Source of the DNA: an archaeon
GTDB taxonomy: Archaea > Iainarchaeota > Iainarchaeia > Iainarchaeales > CSSED10-239
DNA: 32,000 nucleotides
Assembly: GCA_041657425.1 (NCBI GenBank)
Contig: JBBABY010000006.1
Location: 1 to 32,000 of the forward strand
Reading direction: 5' to 3'
Below are positions 9,398 to 17,052 of this stretch, one piece after another. A program made the position numbers and the translations under genes. The notes beneath the pieces were generated by a model. That model ran no database searches. It was not told where the DNA came from and worked only from the letters and a program-made list of their open reading frames with translations. Numbering within the stretch: position 1 is the stretch's first letter; each line of letters begins with the position of its first letter.

Positions 9398-10026
9398 ATA
9401 ACAAAACATTAACGATAATAGGTATAGTTCTAGGAGTAATCTTAATAGGACTAATAATAAATTTATTTATTAATTTAAAAGGGAGTGAAAATATGAGTAA
9501 AGATACAAACCAAGCAGTGGTTTTAGAAACCACAAATCAAGTAGTTGTTTTAGAAACATCTAAAGGAAACATAGAAATTGAATTATACGCAGATAAGTCT
9601 CCAAAGACTGTTGCAAATTTCATAACTTATGTTAATTCAGGTTATTACGACGGATTAGTATTTCATAGAGTAATTAAAGGATTTATGGTACAAGGTGGAG
9701 GTTTTAATAAATTTGCAGTAGAAAAGAAAACTAATTCTCCAATTGTTTTAGAATCAAATAATGGTCTAAAGAATTTAACAGGAACAGTAGCAATGGCAAG
9801 AACAAATGCACCAAACAGTGCAACAAGTCAGTTCTTCATAAGCACAGTAGATAATGATTTCTTAGATTATGCAGGCACAAGTAATCCAGGTTATGCAGTT
9901 TTCGGTAAAGTAATTAAGGGAATGCATATTGTTTTTGAAATAGAAAATGTAAAGACTGCAACCAAGAATGGAAATGGAGATTGGCCAGTAGAGAACATAA
10001 TAATAACAAAAGCATATATGAAATAA
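9394..10026 (+). CDS. Peptidyl-prolyl cis-trans isomerase, cyclophilin type, with N-terminal membrane anchor
   Basis: TM helix LTIIGIVLGVILIGLIINLFI, then the cyclophilin core FHRVIKGFMVQGGGF, GTVAMARTNAPNSATSQFFI and FGKVIKGM. Confidence 0.9.
   Translation: MNNKTLTIIGIVLGVILIGLIINLFINLKGSENMSKDTNQAVVLETTNQVVVLETSKGNIEIELYADKSPKTVANFITYVNSGYYDGLVFHRVIKGFMVQGGGFNKFAVEKKTNSPIVLESNNGLKNLTGTVAMARTNAPNSATSQFFISTVDNDFLDYAGTSNPGYAVFGKVIKGMHIVFEIENVKTATKNGNGDWPVENIIITKAYMK
9508..9561 (+). repeat. In-frame 27-nt tandem duplication inside the PPIase gene (NQAVVLETT / NQVVVLETS)
   Basis: aaccaagcagtggttttagaaaccaca is followed directly by aatcaagtagttgttttagaaacatct. Confidence 0.6.
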
Positions 10027-10039
10027 GGGGGGAAATTAG

Positions 10040-10975
10040 TTGTTTTTGTCATTTCTTTTTTGGTCTTTTGTTTTTATTGTAGGACTTTTTATATTAATTT
10101 ATTCTGCAGATTTATTTGTAGATAAATCTAAAGAGCTTGGAAAAAATTTAGGATTATCAACTTTTTTAATAGGTTTAATAATTGTAAGCATCGGCACAAC
10201 ATTACCGGAACTTGCATCTTCAATTTATGCAACAATAAAAGGAGAATCCGAAATTGTTATTCCTACAGTAATTGGTTCAGTTACCACAAACGTATTTTTA
10301 GTAATTGGTTTAGTTGGTTTTTTATATGGTACAAAATATATATACAGAGATACACTTAAAACAGATCTTTGGATTTTTGCAGTTGTTTCTTGTTTATTTA
10401 TCTTATTTATTATAGATAATAATTTTACATTAATTGAAGCCATTTTGTGTTTTTTAATATATGTGGCTTATTCAACATATCAATATAAATTATCAAAACC
10501 AGTAAAATTAGAAGAATCTGGTCCGAAAACTAATTCTTATATGTGTATTTTTTTAATACTCATTTATTCTTTCTTAATATATGTGGGGTCAAAATATGTT
10601 GTTGATTCAATGTTAAATATTGCAGACATATTAGGAATTTTCCCAGAAATTATTGCAATAACAGTAATTGCTCTTGGAACAAGTCTTACAGAATTAACTG
10701 TTGGTTTAGTTTCTTTAAGAAAAGGGCATCTAGATATTGCGATTGCAAATATAATCGGGGCAAGTATTATAGATATTTTAATAGTTACAAGTTTTTCAAG
10801 ATTTTTTGGTTTTGTAATAATTCCAATAGCATTATTTAAAATTGCAATACCAATCTTTGGTTTAGCGATTGTTGCTTTTATTTATGTCGTCCTCGATAAA
10901 AAAATAACCAAAAAAGAAGGTTTCCTATTGTTATTGCTATATGTTATTTTTAACATTATTTTATTTATGATTTAA
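10040..10975 (+). CDS. Ca2+/cation antiporter (CaCA / YrbG-type sodium-calcium exchanger), TTG start
   Basis: Polytopic membrane protein with both alpha-repeat signatures, GTTLPELASSI and GTSLTELTVGL. The SD motif AAGGGGGG lies before the TTG. Confidence 0.85.
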   Translation: MFLSFLFWSFVFIVGLFILIYSADLFVDKSKELGKNLGLSTFLIGLIIVSIGTTLPELASSIYATIKGESEIVIPTVIGSVTTNVFLVIGLVGFLYGTKYIYRDTLKTDLWIFAVVSCLFILFIIDNNFTLIEAILCFLIYVAYSTYQYKLSKPVKLEESGPKTNSYMCIFLILIYSFLIYVGSKYVVDSMLNIADILGIFPEIIAITVIALGTSLTELTVGLVSLRKGHLDIAIANIIGASIIDILIVTSFSRFFGFVIIPIALFKIAIPIFGLAIVAFIYVVLDKKITKKEGFLLLLLYVIFNIILFMI

Positions 10976-10991
10976 TAAAAATCAGAACAAT

Positions 10992-11600
10992 TTATTTTCT
11001 TAATTTTCCAATAATAATCATATGTTTCTTTTCAAAAGGATCTAGTCTTCTTTTTTCAACAATTGTAAATTCTTTTTCAAACTTCATCATTTCTTCGTCA
11101 ATGATTGCTCTAGTGTCTCTTTGTGAAATAGCAGTTGTCTTTAAGCTTAAGATAACACAACCATCAGGCTTAAGAAATTCTTTTGCATTCTTTGTAAGTA
11201 TCTCAATTTGATTCTTTTGTGCAACGTCTTGGATAATCAAGTCAACTTTACTGTTGATTAGTTCTTTGTAATCCCCAGGCTTGTTTGCATCTCCAATAAC
11301 TGGATATAAGTTTTCTCTTGCCCTTGAAAGCAACACAAACTTCTGCATACTGTGAGGAGAAAAATCAATTCCAAAGATTATTCCTTTGTCCACTAAGTCA
11401 GAGATATAAGAACAAGTATATCCTTCAGCACAGCCAAGATATAGAACACTTGAGTCTTCTTTAAGAGGTAAGATGTTTAAACCTTTCTTTAAAGCAGCAC
11501 ACACTTTAGATCTAGTAGGGTCCCAGTATCTCTTCTCTTTACTGTTAAGATCAATAGTAAAGAAATCTCCGTTCTCCTTTATTAGATTTTTTATTGTCAT
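10992..11600 (-). CDS. flpA: Fibrillarin-like rRNA/tRNA 2'-O-methyltransferase
   Basis: YWDPTRSKVCAAL, the SAM motif VLYLGCAEGYTCSYISDLV, GIDFSP and IIQDVAQKNQ. It lies immediately downstream of Nop5. Confidence 0.9.
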   Translation of the reverse strand: MTIKNLIKENGDFFTIDLNSKEKRYWDPTRSKVCAALKKGLNILPLKEDSSVLYLGCAEGYTCSYISDLVDKGIIFGIDFSPHSMQKFVLLSRARENLYPVIGDANKPGDYKELINSKVDLIIQDVAQKNQIEILTKNAKEFLKPDGCVILSLKTTAISQRDTRAIIDEEMMKFEKEFTIVEKRRLDPFEKKHMIIIGKLRK

Positions 11601-11609
11601 GTTTTTTCT

Positions 11610-12380
11610 TTATTTTTTTAATTTTAAATTAATTTTGTTAGTTAGTTCTTTTCTTATATCTGTTCCGCCAAGATCTCCCTTGATTGCAAGCGTAATTTTT
11701 GCAGCCAAAAATCTAGCAAATCTTGCTTTGTCTTTTTTGTTAAGGTTAATCAGTAGTGGGTGGTTGTAAATGAAACCATACTTTGGTGTTTTCTTTTTGT
11801 TATTAGTTCTAACTGCTTTAAAGAAAGCATTTTCTGCTCCAATCAACTGGATGGTAGAACTTGGAAATCTAGAAAGTCTTTCAAAAGACCCTGCAACTTC
11901 AATCATCTTACAAGCAATAGCTGGTGTTGCAATTTCAGAGAAGTTGGGATAATTAGTTTTAGCAAGTTTTTCTTCAAGAGCTTCAAGACTTTTCTTTGTG
12001 TCAAGAAGATTTTGCAAGTTTTTTGCTAGGTTAATAAATATAATTTTCTCTTGTTCTTCAAGTTCAGCAGAAAGCCCAATCTCTTGTATTTCTAAAATCT
12101 TTTTTGCTTTTGATTTATCAATAGAGATTTTCTTTAAGGTTTCTTCTGTGACATTTTCAAGAGCGCAAAGTCTAACATATTCTTCAATAGTTAGTTCTTT
12201 CTCCATGTTAGGATAAAGAACATCTCCAATAATTCTAAGTTGTTCGAAAAGTTCATTAATATTCTTAGGAAGTTTAGAAAGTATTTGAGAAATAGCAATT
12301 ATTCTTTGATCTGCACTTTCAAGTTCTTTTTTTAATTTGGAAATAGTAAATTTAAAAAAAACTTCTTTATTTGCATGCAT
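11610..12380 (-). CDS. nop5: Nop5 (Nop56/58) C/D box sRNP core protein, short form (coiled coil plus Nop domain only)
   Basis: Nop domain AGSFERLSRFPSSTIQLIGAENAFFKA...PKYGFIYNHPLL...ARFLAAKITLAIKGD. An in-frame stop lies 15 nt upstream of the ATG. Confidence 0.85.
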   Translation of the reverse strand: MHANKEVFFKFTISKLKKELESADQRIIAISQILSKLPKNINELFEQLRIIGDVLYPNMEKELTIEEYVRLCALENVTEETLKKISIDKSKAKKILEIQEIGLSAELEEQEKIIFINLAKNLQNLLDTKKSLEALEEKLAKTNYPNFSEIATPAIACKMIEVAGSFERLSRFPSSTIQLIGAENAFFKAVRTNNKKKTPKYGFIYNHPLLINLNKKDKARFARFLAAKITLAIKGDLGGTDIRKELTNKINLKLKK

Positions 12381-12414
12381 ATTTTCTAGATTTTAGTTTT
12401 AAAAAAAGAGATAA

Positions 12415-12690
12415 TTACTTTACCTCTACTTTTTGACCAACTGCAGTTCCTGGAAGTCCCTTCTCAAAGATTACTCTGATAACTCCTTTGTTACCATGAG
12501 CTGAAGCAACTTTTCCATTAATTACTTTTTTTCCAATTGTAGTAAATACAACTTTATGTCCATATAGTGGAGCAACAGATTCTTTAGTTCTGTATTTTTC
12601 ATCATCTATTTGTATAAGTAAATGATTGTTCTTTTGTGTGTTTACACCCATTCTGTAATTCATTATTGTTCCTATCATATTTTTCACCAA
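12415..12690 (-). CDS. rpl35ae: Ribosomal protein L35Ae (eL33)
   Basis: MNYRMGVNTQKNNHLLIQI...GHKVVF...NGKVASAHGNKGVIRVIFEKGLPG matches the L35Ae pattern at 91 aa. Confidence 0.85.
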   Translation of the reverse strand: MVKNMIGTIMNYRMGVNTQKNNHLLIQIDDEKYRTKESVAPLYGHKVVFTTIGKKVINGKVASAHGNKGVIRVIFEKGLPGTAVGQKVEVK

Positions 12691-12760
12691 TTTAATAAGC
12701 TTTAAAATAAGTACTAATATAATATTTAATAAACAAAGTATTTAAAAACCTTGATAAAAC

Positions 12761-13426
12761 ATGACAAAACAATTAGTAGCAGGGGTAGACGAAGCAGGAA
12801 GGGGTTGTGTGCTAGGCCCATTACTCTTGTGTGTTTGTGTTATTGATAAAGACAAGGAAAAGATGTTTAAAGATGCAGGAGTTAAGGATTCTAAGCTTTT
12901 GTCACCACAGAAAAGAGAAGAGTTATTTGAGTTGATTAAGAAAGAAGCAGAGGACTATAAGATTATTGCAATTCCTGCAGAAGAACTAAATGTTTTAATG
13001 GATAGATTCTCACTTAACGAGATAGAAGCACAAAAGGCGTGTTTTGCCATAAGCAAACTAAAAGCAAAGCCAGAAGTTGTTGTCTTTGATTCTCCTGATA
13101 CTTCCACAGAGCATTTTACCAAAAGAATAAAAGATAACCTAAAAGCGATATCTTGCGATTATAATTTCAAAATTGTTTCTGAGCATAAAGCTGACCTTAA
13201 TCACGTTTCTGTTTCCTGTGCATCAATTCTTGCCAAAGTTACAAGAGATGTGTTGTTAAAAGATTTAGTCAAAAGTAACATCTCAGGGTATTCTTCAGAC
13301 CCAAGAACAATTGATTTTTTAAAAGACTATTTCAAGAAGAACAAGAGCTTTCCAAGTTACACTAGAATGAAATGGAAAACAATAGACAATATTGTTAAAG
13401 ACGCCTTCCAGAGAAAGCTTCTCTAA
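12761..13426 (+). CDS. rnhB: Ribonuclease HII
   Basis: VAGVDEAGRGCVLGPLLL active-site motif, later DSKLLSPQKRE and ASILAKVTRD. Confidence 0.9.
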   Translation: MTKQLVAGVDEAGRGCVLGPLLLCVCVIDKDKEKMFKDAGVKDSKLLSPQKREELFELIKKEAEDYKIIAIPAEELNVLMDRFSLNEIEAQKACFAISKLKAKPEVVVFDSPDTSTEHFTKRIKDNLKAISCDYNFKIVSEHKADLNHVSVSCASILAKVTRDVLLKDLVKSNISGYSSDPRTIDFLKDYFKKNKSFPSYTRMKWKTIDNIVKDAFQRKLL

Positions 13427-13428
13427 TT

Positions 13429-14031
13429 TTAAATCAAATGAAAGATTGCTTGCACACCAGAGATAATATAGTTAACTCCCCATGCTAAGGTGATAAGCCC
13501 CATGATCGTTGTTACTACTTGTATGGTTGTTTTTGCTTTGGAAGTGATGTCGTGATAGACAACTGATAAGTAAAATAGCAATCCAACAATTGCTAGAATT
13601 ACTCCGATTGCAATTCCTGTAAGTAATTTTCCATAGTCCGCGGATGAAATGATGATTGCAGTGATTGTTGCTGGTCCGCTGATAAGTGGTGTTGCGATGA
13701 TTGAAGCAATGGCGTGAACAGAGTCTCCTTCCATTTTTTCAATGTCTGTAATTGATTTTCCTAAGGACATGTTAATTCCAAGAATTACTAAAATGATTCC
13801 TCCTGCAATCTTAAAGCTATTAATGTCTGTGCTAAAAATTTGTAAAAGATTTTCTCCAAAGAACAAAACAAGATAAGAAATAAATGTTGCAAGGGCAACT
13901 GACAAAAGAGCAATTCTAAGCTTTTCTTTATTCTCAAAACCTTTAGTGCTAACAAAGAAAACAACAAAACTAGATAATGGATCAATGATAACAAAAAATA
14001 AAACAATTAATCCTATTAATTTTGATATCAT
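13429..14031 (-). CDS. MarC-family (UPF0056) integral membrane protein
   Basis: 200-aa protein with about 6 TM helices, N-terminal FFVIIDPLSSFVVF and SIIATPLISGPATIT motifs typical of MarC/UPF0056. Confidence 0.75.
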   Translation of the reverse strand: MISKLIGLIVLFFVIIDPLSSFVVFFVSTKGFENKEKLRIALLSVALATFISYLVLFFGENLLQIFSTDINSFKIAGGIILVILGINMSLGKSITDIEKMEGDSVHAIASIIATPLISGPATITAIIISSADYGKLLTGIAIGVILAIVGLLFYLSVVYHDITSKAKTTIQVVTTIMGLITLAWGVNYIISGVQAIFHLI

Positions 14032-14044
14032 GTTTTCTCCGAAA

Positions 14045-14117
14045 TGGTCCTGCCCGGGTTCGGACCGGGGATCTCTACCATGTCAAGGTAACGTCATAAC
14101 CGCTAGACCACAGGACC
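14045..14117 (-). tRNA. tRNA-Val (anticodon GAC), no encoded CCA
   Basis: The reverse complement GGTCCTG-TG-GTCTAGCGGTTATGAC-G-TTACC-TTGACAT-GGTAG-AGATC-CCCGG-TCCGAAC-CCGGG-CAGGACC-A folds as a cloverleaf. GC-rich island. Confidence 0.85.
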
Positions 14118-14123
14118 AGTAAA

Positions 14124-14819
14124 TTATTTGTTTAATCTACCCATATATTTGTGTATGTGAGTCTCAATTAAATCTTTGTAATAGAATATAATTATGGACC
14201 CAACAATTATTATACCTATAAGTAATAATGACCAAAATAAATTTAATTTAGTCAGTTGGTACCCCACCAATGTAAAAAATACAATTTCTGGTAATCTTCC
14301 TACAAAAACAATCAATGCGTATTTCTTAATATCAATATTTGTAATCCCTGCAACATAACTAAATACATCGTGTGGTAATGGTGGAATTAAGAAAAGAACA
14401 AACAAAGTTTTAGAAATATTTTCTGATTGATAATCTAGTTTCTCAATTAGATGCCTATCAACAATACTTTCTAAAAAAGGTCTTCCAAAGATTCTAGCAA
14501 TTTCAAAAACAATAATCGAACCAATTAATATTCCAATAGCAGAATACAAAATCCCCCAAGCTCCAAAGATATAGCCTCCAGCAATAAGTATTGGCATGGA
14601 TGGGATTAATAAAAAAATCATTTGTAAAATTTGAAGTGCAATTAAAGCAAGTGGTGCCCACATCCCAAACTGAAGAATAAATGCTTTAACTTGAACAGGA
14701 TGACTGAATGCTTCAATAAACGGGAACAGTAGAACTGCACTAATGACAAGTATAAATACAATGATTATTGTAGCAATAATTGCTTTTTTCTTAGCATCAG
14801 TTGATGAGAATATGTGCAT
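14124..14819 (-). CDS. TVP38/TMEM64 (DedA-related, SNARE-associated) family membrane protein
   Basis: Polytopic membrane protein with LIPSMPILIAGGYIFGAWG, ARIFGRPF and LIPPLPHDVFSYVAGITNI signatures. Confidence 0.75.
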   Translation of the reverse strand: MHIFSSTDAKKKAIIATIIIVFILVISAVLLFPFIEAFSHPVQVKAFILQFGMWAPLALIALQILQMIFLLIPSMPILIAGGYIFGAWGILYSAIGILIGSIIVFEIARIFGRPFLESIVDRHLIEKLDYQSENISKTLFVLFLIPPLPHDVFSYVAGITNIDIKKYALIVFVGRLPEIVFFTLVGYQLTKLNLFWSLLLIGIIIVGSIIIFYYKDLIETHIHKYMGRLNK

Positions 14820-14972
14820 GTTGTTCTGTTAGCTCGTGTATTTTCTTAAATCAAGCTTAATTTAAGCTTATTTTAACAACCACTATATAAACATTTTGTT
14901 TTAATAATTATTATATAGCTCATTAAAGTAAATATACTTATATAAGCAAAAAATTAATAAATGGAGTTTAAA

Positions 14973-15581
14973 ATGGCAACCGCATCAAAATATATAAAAG
15001 AAACAATTCAAAAGGAATTTAAAAAAGAAAAAGACGATAATTATAATTATAAAAAATTATATACCGACAGATTAATCAAATATAGACATACAAAAGAAGC
15101 AATTCTAAGATTAGAGAAACCAACAAATCTTCCAAGAGCAAGAGAATTAGGCTATAAAGCAAAGCAAGGTTTTATTGTAGTCTTGGCAAAGATTAGAAAA
15201 GGTTCAGGATTAATTAGAAGACCAGTAAATGGAAGAAAACCAAAAAGAATGGGTGTTAATAAAATTACTAGAAGAGTATCCATTCAAAGAATTGCAGAAA
15301 TGAGAGCTGCAACTAAGTATCCTGGTTTAGAAGTATTAAATTCATACTTGATTGGAGAAGACGGTCAACAAAAGTATTATGAGGTAATATTAGTTGATCC
15401 AACACATCCAAGAATCATGTCAGATAAAGATATCAACTGGATCTGTTGGCCACAAAACAAAGGAAGAGCATACAAAGGAATTACAAGTGCAGGAAAGAAG
15501 AACAGAGGTCTTGATAAAAAAGGAATAGGTACTGAAAAGAACAGACCATCTTTAAGAGCAAATGACAGAAAAGCAAAGTAA
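14973..15581 (+). CDS. rpl15e: Ribosomal protein L15e (eL15)
   Basis: MATASKYIKE..., LEKPTNLPRARELGYKAKQGFIVV, RKPKRMGV and YEVILVDP. I prefer the start at 14973 (GGAG 7 nt upstream, canonical N-terminus) over the track start at 14961. Confidence 0.9.
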   Translation: MATASKYIKETIQKEFKKEKDDNYNYKKLYTDRLIKYRHTKEAILRLEKPTNLPRARELGYKAKQGFIVVLAKIRKGSGLIRRPVNGRKPKRMGVNKITRRVSIQRIAEMRAATKYPGLEVLNSYLIGEDGQQKYYEVILVDPTHPRIMSDKDINWICWPQNKGRAYKGITSAGKKNRGLDKKGIGTEKNRPSLRANDRKAK

Positions 15582-15597
15582 ATCGAGGAAAGCAAAA

Positions 15598-15870
15598 ATG
15601 AATAGTGTCATTTTAGTTGGTTCATTACAAGATTCCATTTGGATTATACTTTTTATAGTATTTTCCATTTCTATTTACGTTTGGACAAAAAAACAAATAG
15701 GTAATGAACTGATTGCTATTCTAATCACTGGTTTTTTAGTTTTTCTTTTATTTTACAGATATCCTAATTTAATTTGGCTAGTTGCAATAGGTGTTGCAAT
15801 CTATTGGATATTTGGTGGGGAATTAAAAAATAGTATTAAAGGGATGTTAATTGCTGCTCCAAAAAAATGA
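15598..15870 (+). CDS. Small membrane protein (about 90 aa, 3 predicted TM helices), function unknown
   Basis: Hydrophobic ORF directly after rpl15e. I trimmed the track ORF start (15562), which overlaps rpl15e, to the ATG at 15598. The start remains uncertain. Confidence 0.45.
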   Translation: MNSVILVGSLQDSIWIILFIVFSISIYVWTKKQIGNELIAILITGFLVFLLFYRYPNLIWLVAIGVAIYWIFGGELKNSIKGMLIAAPKK

Positions 15871-15882
15871 TTTGGTAACAAT

Positions 15883-16200
15883 ATGTTTGATTTTCTAAAT
15901 ACGTTTATTGTTGGAATTTTAATGATTTTGTCTTCTCAATACAATTATGATTTTTTCTCAGTAATTATTGTAATCTTGTATTCTTTGTTTTTCCCTGGGC
16001 TATCAAATTTAATTTTTGTATTTGGTTTAGCAGCAATTATCTTCTTAAAATCCGGAGAGCTATCACAACTTTGGTGGGTGGTTCTTGGAATCATTACTTT
16101 CATAATAGTTATTGCTTCAATGTTTACTAAGAAAGAAGAAGAACCAGAAGAAGGCGGAGGTTATGGAGACCTTTTAAAGATGCTTGGGAATCAGCAATAA
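15883..16200 (+). CDS. Small membrane protein (105 aa, 3 predicted TM helices, acidic Gly-rich C-terminal tail), function unknown
   Basis: Hydrophobic ORF, co-directional with and 12 nt after the previous gene. The tail reads KKEEEPEEGGGYGDLLKMLGNQQ. Confidence 0.5.
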   Translation: MFDFLNTFIVGILMILSSQYNYDFFSVIIVILYSLFFPGLSNLIFVFGLAAIIFLKSGELSQLWWVVLGIITFIIVIASMFTKKEEEPEEGGGYGDLLKMLGNQQ

Positions 16201-16265
16201 TTACTTATTTAAACTTATTGTAAGATAATTAAATTATTAATAATTAAACAAAGGAGGAATAAATT

Positions 16266-16349
16266 ATGCCAAGACCAAAACCAAGAGTAATAAAAAAACC
16301 GACAAAACCAACAAAGCCAAAAATACCGCCATTTAAAAGCTCAAGATAG
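16266..16349 (+). CDS. Micro-ORF, 27 aa, Lys/Pro-rich (MPRPKPRVIKKPTKPTKPKIPPFKSSR)
   Basis: A strong SD motif (AAAGGAGGAAT) lies 5 nt upstream. It shares its 23-nt start region with the next micro-ORF, and 24 of 25 nt with the start of the 20663 gene. Below the ORF-track size cutoff. Confidence 0.35.
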   Translation: MPRPKPRVIKKPTKPTKPKIPPFKSSR

Positions 16350-16361
16350 AACTGATAAATT

Positions 16362-16457
16362 ATGCCAAGACCAAAACCACCAGTAAATAAGAAAAAACCA
16401 TTAGGTCGACCGATTTGGGGAGTAAAGAAAGCAACACTATCTCAAAAGAAAAAATAA
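16362..16457 (+). CDS. Micro-ORF, 31 aa, Lys/Pro-rich (MPRPKPPVNKKKPLGRPIWGVKKATLSQKKK)
   Basis: Tandem copy 96 nt after the first. The start region aaattatgccaagaccaaaacca is identical. I.G.KKAT resembles residues 16-22 of the 20663 protein. Confidence 0.35.
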   Translation: MPRPKPPVNKKKPLGRPIWGVKKATLSQKKK

Positions 16458-16468
16458 ATTTTCTTTTT

Positions 16469-16960
16469 CTATTTCATCTTATTTAATATATTTCTATTTT
16501 CTTCTAAGATGTCTTTCATGATTTTTGTAAGACCATTCATCTGTGCTTTAATATCTATTATTTTTTCCTCAAGTTCAGAGATCTGTTTCTTAAGTTCAGT
16601 AGTATCAAAAGTAGTATTAGCTATTGGTTCAGGAGTTTTAAAGATAATTTCTTTTTCTGGTTCAGAAGAAAGGCTGGAGTTGATAACATCATTAGTTGCA
16701 TTTTCAAGTTCTTCAGTAGTGGTAGTTGGCTTTGGGAGATCGACTTTTGGTAAATCTACGCTTTTTGGTTTTTCTTCAATTTTTGCAACAGGTGCTTCTT
16801 CTTTTGGTCCAGAAGTAATTTCAGAATAGTATTTATCAATATCTGCTTGATCAACTCCAATATCCCTTAAAGTGGCAAATATAGTATCTTTATCTACGTT
16901 TGCTTCAAGCAATTCATTGATTGTATCTTTAATTAATTTAATATCTACCATTTTTAACAA
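16469..16960 (-). CDS. Acidic protein: small N-terminal helical domain, Pro/Lys/Thr linker, C-terminal coiled coil; function unknown
   Basis: 163-aa ORF with the linker PKSVDLPKVDLPKPTTTT and the C-terminal heptads ELKKQISELEEKIIDIKAQMNGLTKIMKDILEEN. It is divergent from the 17053 gene. Confidence 0.6.
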   Translation of the reverse strand: MLKMVDIKLIKDTINELLEANVDKDTIFATLRDIGVDQADIDKYYSEITSGPKEEAPVAKIEEKPKSVDLPKVDLPKPTTTTEELENATNDVINSSLSSEPEKEIIFKTPEPIANTTFDTTELKKQISELEEKIIDIKAQMNGLTKIMKDILEENRNILNKMK

Positions 16961-17052
16961 ATCTCCTAATTATAATAACCCTTAAAAATATATTACATAT
17001 TATTTATTTAAATATCTTTTGATTTAAAATATGAATAGCTAATAAGATAAAT

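Noticed and set aside
14853-14869. Perfect 17-nt palindrome aagcttaatttaagctt in the divergent promoter region between the TVP38-like gene and rpl15e
   Set aside because: It is short and AT-rich, with no second copy seen. It could be an operator but is indistinguishable from chance in this composition.
14961-14972. Upstream start MEFK for rpl15e
   Set aside because: The ATG at 14973 gives the canonical L15e N-terminus and uses the GGAG within these 12 nt as its SD. The longer form cannot be excluded.
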